From an uncultured Oscillospiraceae bacterium (GTDB lineage Bacteria; Bacillota; Clostridia; Oscillospirales; CAG-382): a stretch of DNA of 43,237 nt. The notes below the pieces were generated by a model. The model did not search any database and was not told the origin of the DNA. It saw only the letters and a program-made list of their open reading frames with translations. Within the stretch, counting starts at the first letter, position 1, and the number at the start of each line of letters is the position of its first letter. Made by a program: the position numbers and the translations under genes. Shown here in pieces: positions 8,449 through 16,416 of the stretch. The stretch covers positions 1 through 43,237 of the forward strand of contig CAZGJQ010000003.1 of the NCBI GenBank assembly GCA_964525815.1, given 5' to 3'.

Positions 8449-9987
8449 TTAGCTGCTCTGATATTTATCCACAACTTCATCGATAGCGTCTATGATAGCG
8501 CCTCTTCTGCTCTCAAGCGTAGAGGTGATATCTGTCGAGCTGTTTGTCATTAAGCTGCTAAACATACTCGAAACACCGTTATCTGAGCCGCCGAAATTGT
8601 ATATAAGACCGAGATCATAAACAACATTGTTGAAGATATATTCGTCAAGCATCTCCTCGCTGTCGTCGTCTCTCATATCCCTGCCCTTAAGCACGGTATC
8701 GTAATATGCCTCCGGTATATGGTTCTTTGCATTACAGGACATAACCTCAATCATATATGCAGAGAACTCGGGGTCGGGTGCGGAGTTGGGTATTACTATA
8801 CCATACGCCATTCCCGCCTGACAGGGTGTATAATAGGAGTCCTGAACCTCGTCATACTTGGGTAGAGGAACTACTCCAAAGTTCGCTTCGTGATCCCTCA
8901 GCTTCTTTATTGCCGAAAAAGCGGATGTGCGGAAGAGAGCGCGTCCCTCTCCAAAAATATCCAGAGAAGTCTGCCATCTGTTCGGAACATCATTTGCGAA
9001 ATGCTCAACATGAATAACCCACTCGTCCTTGAGCTGAAGCTGCTCAAGCACCTTCTGAGCCACGGTTATAGACTTTTCACTGCCGACTGCAAGGGTGGGA
9101 ATATCATTGGCATCCTTGGATACCATACGCTCTCCGGAAGCTAAATAATACATTGCTGCGTCGCCGTATCCGCCGGAAAGCCCCCATGTATCTCTATAAC
9201 TGAAGCCGGCTGTTCCGTCATCGTCAAGAGTGACTTCCTTGGACAATCTAACCATCTCGTCAAAGGTCCATTTACCGTCTCTTACCATCTGGTAAAGGTC
9301 GATGTCGGGAAAGTGATCCTCAAGCATATCCTTATTGAAGGTAACCGCAATGGATACAATCTTCTGCATAAAGGAAATGTCACCCGTTGTAAAATAAACT
9401 CGGTTGTTTATGGAAAGAGACTCGGTTGCGTTCTGATCCCACCAGGGCATACTGAAATCTATATAAGGGTTGAACCTCACATCAGCAAGGTCATAGAGCG
9501 CGTTGGACTGCGCAAGTCTGGCACAATCCGAGAGAAACGGCATAGCCGCATCATAATCGCCCGAGCCGGTCATAACATCGTTGTTTACATCTGTATAAAC
9601 ATTATCTGTATATACCGCAACAACCTCCACGCCGTATTCCTCGAAAACAAGATTGTTTCTTTCTCTTACAGCATCCTCAATAGCCTGGTCGGTAGTCTCG
9701 TACTTGTCTACGCCTATCTCCTCAGAATAATAGGTGTCCTGCGTAGTGTTGTCATATACAAGCACCCGAAACTCTGTCTTGTCGTTCCATGTAAACTCGG
9801 GCATATTTACAAAGTACTTCCCGGTCGCCGGGTCATATCCACCATGTTCGTTGCCGATAATATCGCCGTTTGATTTATCGCCATCGCCGCTCTTGTCGTC
9901 GCCCAGATCACAGGCAGCAAGAACAAGAGACATAATCAGCACAATACACATAAGTAGCATGGAAACTCTTTTACCTGAAGGTCTCAT
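8449..9987 (-). CDS. Extracellular solute-binding lipoprotein (sugar ABC-type SBP family)
   Basis: Lipobox LAAC, acidic linker, FNKDM, GKWTFD, FGVVPLPKYDE; GGAGG RBS; TTGACA-N17-TATTAT promoter at 10057-10085. Confidence 0.8.
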   Translation of the reverse strand: MRPSGKRVSMLLMCIVLIMSLVLAACDLGDDKSGDGDKSNGDIIGNEHGGYDPATGKYFVNMPEFTWNDKTEFRVLVYDNTTQDTYYSEEIGVDKYETTDQAIEDAVRERNNLVFEEYGVEVVAVYTDNVYTDVNNDVMTGSGDYDAAMPFLSDCARLAQSNALYDLADVRFNPYIDFSMPWWDQNATESLSINNRVYFTTGDISFMQKIVSIAVTFNKDMLEDHFPDIDLYQMVRDGKWTFDEMVRLSKEVTLDDDGTAGFSYRDTWGLSGGYGDAAMYYLASGERMVSKDANDIPTLAVGSEKSITVAQKVLEQLQLKDEWVIHVEHFANDVPNRWQTSLDIFGEGRALFRTSAFSAIKKLRDHEANFGVVPLPKYDEVQDSYYTPCQAGMAYGIVIPNSAPDPEFSAYMIEVMSCNAKNHIPEAYYDTVLKGRDMRDDDSEEMLDEYIFNNVVYDLGLIYNFGGSDNGVSSMFSSLMTNSSTDITSTLESRRGAIIDAIDEVVDKYQSS

Positions 9988-10114
9988 TTAATAGCTCCTC
10001 CCTTTCGTTTGAAAAAATACATTTTTAGCTCATTTTAAGAGCATATTACTGATTTTATAATATCATATAACACCAGCCCTGTCAACAGAAACTTTTTTCG
10101 CAAACATCGGTGTA

Positions 10115-11797
10115 TCAGCCGTTATAAATATTATATGTACCTAAAAAATGTCTCTTAATCTTAAGATAGTCCATGGAGGAAATGCTGCTCCCTCCGCTTA
10201 TCAAGCCGGCTCTGTGCTGCGGTTCGGAAAGCTCGACAGTACCTAAAAAAGCTCTTTTTATCATCAGGTAATCAACGGAAGATATTTCACCGTCGCCGTT
10301 TAAGTCCCCGAGAACAACTATTGTCAGGCTGTCAACCTCTTCTCCGGAGCCGTCCGTAATATATACCCTGCTTCCGGTGCCCGCCGCCGAACCGTCAAAT
10401 ATAATATCAGTGTTTGAAAAACCCTCCAAAACATTCTGTACAGAATCCCCCGCTCTTACTCCAAGCAATAAACCGGCTTCCCTGTCTATGCTCATTACCG
10501 CTCCGGCAGCCAACGTTAACCGAGGTATTATTGCCTCATGCTTCTCCAGCGTTGCATTTACTCCCACTGCTCCGGTAGCAAAATCCACTCCGTTTATAAC
10601 AATAAAATCATCTGTGTTAAAAGCTCCCGTGGCTGCTCTGTTAGCTGACGATTTAATATATATTTCGGTTCCGGGCTCTCTGTCGTCGCAGTGGGAAGCA
10701 TATATTATTCCACCCTCCGGGATAATTAGATTGCCCGACTGAAGATTATTCCCCGTCTGCGTAATCCGATAAACCCCCTCAATATGTGTCGGTTCGGCAA
10801 CCAGATATGCCGCCCAGCTTATAACAAGCTCACTGTAGGACACCGTGTTTGTTCCGTTAAAGCTTCTGTCAACCACCACAGCGGCACCTGCGGTTATCGG
10901 AGTGTTGCAGCCGGTAATATAAACCCTCTCGCCTGCTATAGGCTCAGGAAGCACGGGTGGAGTTATACCTTGCTCGGGAGCCAGCGCTTCTCCGATATAA
11001 GCGGCATAGGACAACGAAAAATACCCTGTCCTGCCGGAGTGATAGGTTTTTCCCCAGCTTACTCCGTTTACCTGTACCTTTTCGGTAACGAGAAGCTGAG
11101 TGTTGTACGGCATCAGCTCCAAAACAGCATGCTCTGTACCTGCGCCGCCTCGCAGATTAAGTCCGCTTGAAGCGGTAACCCTCCAAATCTCTCCCAGTAC
11201 ATCCCCTTCGTCAGTATAATTTGGTGTGCCGTATCCTAATATGTATGTGCTGTTAAGCGAATAGCTGCGGTAGGCGCAGGAATCTGCTGTGTTTCCCTCG
11301 ATTGTATAAACAAAAACGCTGTTCGCCTCATATACGATACCTACATGGCTGGAAAGGGTTCCGTTATTGGTAAAAAAGATTATATCTCCCTTCCTCGGCA
11401 CATATCCGCTTGTTCCGGATTGCCATGAATTAATGTCCTTAAAATATGTAACCCAATAAGGGCAATAGGCGAAGGAGCCTGTTTTATCAATCGTCCCCGC
11501 CTGATACGAGCACCACGATACAAACATAGCGCACCAAGCGGCAGTAATAAATCCGCTTGATTCACCCATGTACTGATGATACCAATCTCCGTACCTTGTA
11601 TAACCCGCATATTGCTCAATGCCCTCATAATAACCGATCTGCGTTTTTGCGATTTCCACAATATCAACTCTGCCGTCTCCTGTATTTATGTAGGTGTTTT
11701 CATAGACGGCACTGACCGTAAAGGAGCCTGAGATATGATAAAATATAAGCATAAAGAATAAAAAAGCGGTTAGTGTTCTTTTTTTCATGTCTGTCAT
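10115..11797 (-). CDS. Secreted CHAP-domain peptidoglycan hydrolase with SH3b and C-terminal dockerin-like domain
   Basis: Signal peptide; AWCAMFVSW, HVGIV, TIEGN (CHAP); LNLRGGAGT...WGK (SH3b); GDLNGDGEISSVDYLMIKR plus a second degenerate repeat (dockerin). Confidence 0.85.
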   Translation of the reverse strand: MTDMKKRTLTAFLFFMLIFYHISGSFTVSAVYENTYINTGDGRVDIVEIAKTQIGYYEGIEQYAGYTRYGDWYHQYMGESSGFITAAWCAMFVSWCSYQAGTIDKTGSFAYCPYWVTYFKDINSWQSGTSGYVPRKGDIIFFTNNGTLSSHVGIVYEANSVFVYTIEGNTADSCAYRSYSLNSTYILGYGTPNYTDEGDVLGEIWRVTASSGLNLRGGAGTEHAVLELMPYNTQLLVTEKVQVNGVSWGKTYHSGRTGYFSLSYAAYIGEALAPEQGITPPVLPEPIAGERVYITGCNTPITAGAAVVVDRSFNGTNTVSYSELVISWAAYLVAEPTHIEGVYRITQTGNNLQSGNLIIPEGGIIYASHCDDREPGTEIYIKSSANRAATGAFNTDDFIVINGVDFATGAVGVNATLEKHEAIIPRLTLAAGAVMSIDREAGLLLGVRAGDSVQNVLEGFSNTDIIFDGSAAGTGSRVYITDGSGEEVDSLTIVVLGDLNGDGEISSVDYLMIKRAFLGTVELSEPQHRAGLISGGSSISSMDYLKIKRHFLGTYNIYNG

Positions 11798-11823
11798 CCT
11801 TATGTAGTATTTGTTGCTCTTTG

Positions 11824-11852
11824 ATTATATATCTTCGAATTGAAAATGTCAA
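11824..11852 (-). promoter_or_regulatory. Consensus sigma-A promoter of the CHAP gene
   Basis: TTGACA-N17-TATAAT. Confidence 0.75.
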
Positions 11853-11859
11853 TCTTATG

Positions 11860-11889
11860 CGTAAACCATTTTTTATTTTTTAGTTGACA
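11860..11889. promoter_or_regulatory. BirA operator (bioO)
   Basis: CGTAAAC-N16-GTTGACA matches the Firmicute BirA site TGTWAAC-N14/16-GTTWACA approximately and overlaps the -35 of birA-bioY. Confidence 0.75.
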
Positions 11890-11912
11890 TATGGTTTTTT
11901 TTGTTGTATAAT
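11884..11912 (+). promoter_or_regulatory. Consensus sigma-A promoter of birA-bioY
   Basis: TTGACA-N17-TATAAT. Confidence 0.8.
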
Positions 11913-11954
11913 TCGATAGATTCCCGATTATTACCGAAAGGAATGGTAACCGCA

Positions 11955-12932
11955 ATGCTAAAAAATGATATCCTTACCCTTTTTGAAGCAAACAAAGGCA
12001 GCTATGTAAGCGGTCAGGAGCTCGCTCTTAAGTTCGGGGTATCTCGGGCAGCAGTTTGGAAGGCAGTAAAAACACTGCAAAACGAGGGGTATCGGATAAG
12101 TGCTATCCCTAAAAAGGGTTATTTACTCTCAAGGGACAGTGATATTATGTCCTCCCAGAGTATTTCGCCGTTTTTAAGGGGGGAGGCAGCAAGGCTGAGA
12201 CTGGATGTACGGAAAAGCGTTACCTCCACAAACAGCGAGCTAAAAAAAATAGCTGCAAACGGAGAAGAGCCCGGGCTTGTGTTAATCGCCAACGAGCAAA
12301 CTGCGGGCAGAGGACGGATGGGGCGAAGCTTTTATTCCCCTGCGAACAACGGCATATATATGTCTTTGCTGCTAAATCCGGGAATAACCTCAGACAAGGC
12401 GGTGCTGCTAACATCCCTTGCGGCGGTTTCGACGGCACGAGCGATTGAGCGAGTTTCGGGAGAGGTGGTCGGAATCAAGTGGGTTAACGACCTTTACTGC
12501 AACGGAAAAAAGATTGTAGGCATACTTACCGAGGGCGGAATAAATATGGAAACCGGAGCACTTGAATATGCGGTGATCGGAATAGGGGTTAATGTTTTTA
12601 CAAGCAGCTTGCCTGTGGAGCTGAGTAATATTGCAGGCTCGCTAACCAATGCCGAAAAAACAGAAAAAAAGCGTTTTAATCGTTCCCGGCTCGCGGCGGA
12701 AATTCTGAACCAATTAACGGAGGATCTGCCCAACCTGGAGCGCAAAGCGCATCTGCCCGAATACAAGGCACGCTCGGTTATTCTCGGCAAGGACATTTAT
12801 GTAATTAAAAATGGCAAGAAGCTCCCGGCGCAAGCCCTTGATATAGATGAAAACGCTGCTTTAATTATAAAATACAAGAACGGAAGCACCGAAACTTTAT
12901 TCTCGGACGACGTAAGCATAAAAAGAGTATAA
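11955..12932 (+). CDS. birA: Bifunctional biotin-protein ligase / biotin repressor
   Basis: N-terminal HTH SGQELA...SRAAVWK, STN, QTAGRGRMGR, KWVND, KIVGIL; start set at MLKND. Confidence 0.95.
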   Translation: MLKNDILTLFEANKGSYVSGQELALKFGVSRAAVWKAVKTLQNEGYRISAIPKKGYLLSRDSDIMSSQSISPFLRGEAARLRLDVRKSVTSTNSELKKIAANGEEPGLVLIANEQTAGRGRMGRSFYSPANNGIYMSLLLNPGITSDKAVLLTSLAAVSTARAIERVSGEVVGIKWVNDLYCNGKKIVGILTEGGINMETGALEYAVIGIGVNVFTSSLPVELSNIAGSLTNAEKTEKKRFNRSRLAAEILNQLTEDLPNLERKAHLPEYKARSVILGKDIYVIKNGKKLPAQALDIDENAALIIKYKNGSTETLFSDDVSIKRV

Positions 12933-12953
12933 AAAAGAAAGGCACAACCCATT

Positions 12954-13496
12954 ATGAAACGACAAACCATAAAAAGACTTACCCTAACCGCTGTTTTCGC
13001 GGCAATAATATCGGTTGCATCGCCAATTACAATACCGATAGGCGTAGTACCGGTAACTCTTGCGCTCCTTGCGATTTTTTTATGCGGTGCAATGCTGCCT
13101 CCCTCATATGCGGTAACCTCGGTAATGGTATATATCGCACTCGGCGCCGTCGGGCTCCCCGTATTCTCCAACTTTGAAGGGGGCTTCGGCAAGCTGGTCG
13201 GTTACACCGGAGGCTTTATCTGGGCATATCCGCTGATGGTACTTATTATATCCTCATTTATTAAATTCTTCGGAGAACGCAGTGTTCTTTCCCTTTCGCT
13301 CGGTATGCTTTTTTCTATAGTGGTTTGTTATGCAACCGGAGCACTTTGGTTCAGCTATGTAATGAACGAGAGCTTCTCCTATGCTCTTAAGGTATGCGTG
13401 TATCCCTTTGTACCCTTTGATATTTTCAAAGCGGCTGCCGCTGTTGTATTAACTCTCGGACTAAAGAGGTTCGGTCTGCCGGACAGAGAGTTGTAA
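12954..13496 (+). CDS. bioY: Biotin ECF transporter S-component
   Basis: VPVTLA, GAVGLPVFS, GG...TGGF, PFVPFD; follows birA. Confidence 0.95.
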   Translation: MKRQTIKRLTLTAVFAAIISVASPITIPIGVVPVTLALLAIFLCGAMLPPSYAVTSVMVYIALGAVGLPVFSNFEGGFGKLVGYTGGFIWAYPLMVLIISSFIKFFGERSVLSLSLGMLFSIVVCYATGALWFSYVMNESFSYALKVCVYPFVPFDIFKAAAAVVLTLGLKRFGLPDREL

Positions 13497-13510
13497 TATG
13501 AAACAGTAAT

Positions 13511-13545
13511 GCCGGAGGTAAAAGACCTCCGGCGCTGGTTTTTTA
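13511..13545. terminator. Terminator between bioY and the NUDIX gene
   Basis: GCCGGAGGT/ACCTCCGGC stem with downstream T-run. Confidence 0.75.
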
Positions 13546-13560
13546 TGTCTATCTTATATA

Positions 13561-14004
13561 CTACTTCATTTCTCCTAAATAAATAGGGGCATTTTTACCC
13601 AGAAAATAATTCTTTATAACGCTGCGCATATCCACCGGATAAAGCGGCTCATGCATTATGTTGTCTATATTCAGCCAGTGAGTGCCTATCTGGTTGACAT
13701 CATACTCCAGCACGCTTTGATCGGCTTCCTCAATTATATCGCACACAAACATAAACTCAATACGGTGAATATCCTCCTCCCGCTCATCCTTAAAGCCCTC
13801 CCGTATAAAGAGCAGGCTGTTAGCCTCCACACGGAAGCCGGTTTCCTCTATAACCTCCCGCTTAAGAGCATCCAGCATTAGCTCATCTGCCTCCTGCTTT
13901 CCTCCCGGAAGCGTGTAATATATGCCTTTCTCGTGCTGCATTTTGGTTACCAGCAGCTTAGTGTTTTTGATAATAATAGCTTTTATTGAATTCTTTATTG
14001 TCAC
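13561..14004 (-). CDS. NUDIX hydrolase
   Basis: Nudix box PGGKQEADELMLDALKREVIEETG; GTG start at 14004 or 14013. Confidence 0.9.
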   Translation of the reverse strand: MTIKNSIKAIIIKNTKLLVTKMQHEKGIYYTLPGGKQEADELMLDALKREVIEETGFRVEANSLLFIREGFKDEREEDIHRIEFMFVCDIIEEADQSVLEYDVNQIGTHWLNIDNIMHEPLYPVDMRSVIKNYFLGKNAPIYLGEMK

Positions 14005-14192
14005 AGAAATCACCTTCTATAAGTCTTTCTGCTATGATAGCACAGCGGCAGCTCAATGTCAACTTAGCAATGGTGTATGATTTGTTTTTTTCGGACAAAA
14101 ATATTGTGCATTTGTGCTCTTGTATTATTTGGGGCATTATGTTATTATTTATCGAAATGAATATTGTTATGAAACGAAATCGGTGAAACATA

Positions 14193-15563
14193 ATGTCAAA
14201 AAACACAAGATTTGAGGTAAACCTGTCCGAGGGCAGTGTTGCTGGTCAGTTAATCCGCTTTTCCTTACCCTTTTTAATATCCAATCTTATACAGTCCCTG
14301 TATGCGGTGGCGGATATGATTATAGTGGGAAGGTTCTCGGACATAAACAATATGTCCGGCGTGCATATCGGCAATCAGGCGACCTTTCTTATAACCAACG
14401 CCGTTATAGGGCTTTGCGTCGGAGGAACCGTTCTGATTGGTCAGTATCTCGGCTCCGGCAAAAAGCAGGAGCTAAAGGAGACAATCAGTACATTGTTTTC
14501 CACCCTTCTGGTGCTGTCTGTTGTAATATCGGTGGTTATGCTGCTTTTACGTGAACCCTTTCTTAATATGCTTAAAACGCCCGCAGAATCCTTTTCGCAG
14601 GCAAAAAGCTATCTTACCATTACTCTATCCGGTACTTTGTTTATCTTCGGATACAACGCTTTGAGTGCGGTTATGCGGGGAATGGGAGACAGCAGGAATC
14701 CTCTGAAGTTCGTAGCCATTGCCTGCTTTACAAATATTGCCCTCGACCTGCTCCTTGTTGCGGTGTTTGACATGGGAGCGCAGGGCGCCGCTCTCGCAAC
14801 CGTAATCTCACAGGGGCTGAGCATGATTCTGTGTATTATCTATCTTAAGAAAAACCGTTTTGTATTTGACTTTTCGCTGTCCTCCTTTCGGTTTAACGGC
14901 GAACGGCTTAAAATGCTGTTTAAAATAGGAGCTCCCACCCTTTTTAACAGTGTAGCCGTATCAACCTCGTTTTTGTTCCTAACCGGATTTGCGAACAATA
15001 TCGGTCTTATCGCCTCTACTGCGGTCGGAGTTGTAGGAAGGTTCAACGCCTTCGCAATATTGCCCGCAATAGCAATGGGCTCCGCAATCTCCGCAATGTG
15101 TGCGCAGAACTTTGGAGCGGGCAAGCCCGAGCGAGCGGTAAAAACAATGAAGATAGGCTTGTTAATTTCCATTTCCATTAGCTACAGCATTTTTATTCTA
15201 ACCCAGCTTTTCCCCGAGGAGCTGTTAAAGATTTTTAACAGTGACCCGCAGCTTATCCAAGCGGGAGCCGCATATTTACGCCCGTTCAGCTTTGATTATA
15301 TTTTCGTTCCGCTGCTGTTTTGCCTAAACGGGCTCTTTATCGGCTCGGGGCATACAGCCTTCTCTTTTATAAACGGAATGCTCTCCTCTCTTATAATACG
15401 AATACCGGTCGCCTACATATTCGGCATCGTTCTTGACAAAGGTCTTGCGGGTATCGGGTTAGGCGCTCCCTTTGCCTCCGGTCTCGCTTTTGTCTCCGCG
15501 TTGCTGTTTTATTTCTCCGGACGCTGGAGGAAGCAGGTCATTATAAAGAACAAAGAGCTGTAA
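14193..15563 (+). CDS. MATE family efflux transporter
   Basis: About 12 TM segments; QSLYAVADMIIVGR, RGMGDSRNP, NIALD, GAALAT, QNFGAG. Confidence 0.95.
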   Translation: MSKNTRFEVNLSEGSVAGQLIRFSLPFLISNLIQSLYAVADMIIVGRFSDINNMSGVHIGNQATFLITNAVIGLCVGGTVLIGQYLGSGKKQELKETISTLFSTLLVLSVVISVVMLLLREPFLNMLKTPAESFSQAKSYLTITLSGTLFIFGYNALSAVMRGMGDSRNPLKFVAIACFTNIALDLLLVAVFDMGAQGAALATVISQGLSMILCIIYLKKNRFVFDFSLSSFRFNGERLKMLFKIGAPTLFNSVAVSTSFLFLTGFANNIGLIASTAVGVVGRFNAFAILPAIAMGSAISAMCAQNFGAGKPERAVKTMKIGLLISISISYSIFILTQLFPEELLKIFNSDPQLIQAGAAYLRPFSFDYIFVPLLFCLNGLFIGSGHTAFSFINGMLSSLIIRIPVAYIFGIVLDKGLAGIGLGAPFASGLAFVSALLFYFSGRWRKQVIIKNKEL

Positions 15564-15600
15564 AAAACGCCGGAGGCCTTGAGGCTTCCGGCGTCTCTTT
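15562..15600. terminator. Bidirectional terminator
   Basis: ACGCCGGAGGCCT/AGGCTTCCGGCGT stem between convergent genes. Confidence 0.8.
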
Positions 15601-15611
15601 ATATGCTTTAA

Positions 15612-16412
15612 TCATTTAATCCCGAGCAGCTTACAGGCATTTCCGTGGAATATTTTTCCCTTTGTTTCCCTGCTTATTTCCAGCGAATCAATGAAATCCC
15701 GCACAACGGCTGTTTCGCACCAGGGCATATCCGTGCCGAACAGAATTCTCTCTTCATCATGGTTCTCAATTATTGCCTTTGCTATTTCCCCGGTCATACC
15801 GAACCGCTCACACGCAAGCGCCGTATCAAAATACAACGGAGTTCCGCACAGCTTATGTAAAACCTCATCCCAGCGCCTGTTCGCACCGAAATGAGCGCAT
15901 ATGAGCTTAAGCCCGGGAAACCGTTTTATCACCCTTAAGATAGCATCCGGAGAAGCATGCAGAAAGTCGGGGGAAACAAAATCCCAGCCCGCATGTATAA
16001 CCACAATCATATCCATCTCCGCAGCGGAGGCGAAAACGGGATAAAAGGACGGGTCGTCCACCGTTGTCCTTACATAATCCGGATGCAGCTTAATACCCTT
16101 TATCCCGTTATCCCTTAAGGATTTTATGATTCGCCTTACATCCTTACACATCGGGTGCAAAGAGCCAAAGGGTATAAGCCTATCATAATGCTCCTTTATG
16201 GAAAGCGCAAAGGCGTTAACATTGTCAACCTGCTTGGGGTTTGTGGCTATGTTAAGCACAACTGAATAATGGACGCCGTTGCCCTCCATATCGGCAAGCA
16301 GGGCTTCCGCTCTGCCGTTGCTACACACAGGGATTCCGCCAATCGCAGAGAGCTTATCCAAAGCTCTCTGCGCAAGATGGTCAGGGAAAATGTGTGTATG
16401 GAAATCAATCAT
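15612..16412 (-). CDS. Amidohydrolase-family TIM-barrel metal-dependent hydrolase
   Basis: IDFHTH, GIKLHP, HAG, AHFG, LFGTDMPW. Confidence 0.9.
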   Translation of the reverse strand: MIDFHTHIFPDHLAQRALDKLSAIGGIPVCSNGRAEALLADMEGNGVHYSVVLNIATNPKQVDNVNAFALSIKEHYDRLIPFGSLHPMCKDVRRIIKSLRDNGIKGIKLHPDYVRTTVDDPSFYPVFASAAEMDMIVVIHAGWDFVSPDFLHASPDAILRVIKRFPGLKLICAHFGANRRWDEVLHKLCGTPLYFDTALACERFGMTGEIAKAIIENHDEERILFGTDMPWCETAVVRDFIDSLEISRETKGKIFHGNACKLLGIK

Positions 16413-16416
16413 TTTC

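Noticed and set aside
9313-9873. 186-aa plus-strand ORF, and many similar 60-170 aa ORFs in the track
   Set aside because: They overlap confident genes on the opposite strand or in another frame and lack motifs or RBSs.
13958-14206. Short ORFs across the NUDIX-MATE intergenic region
   Set aside because: AT-rich promoter DNA overlapping real gene starts; no coding signal.
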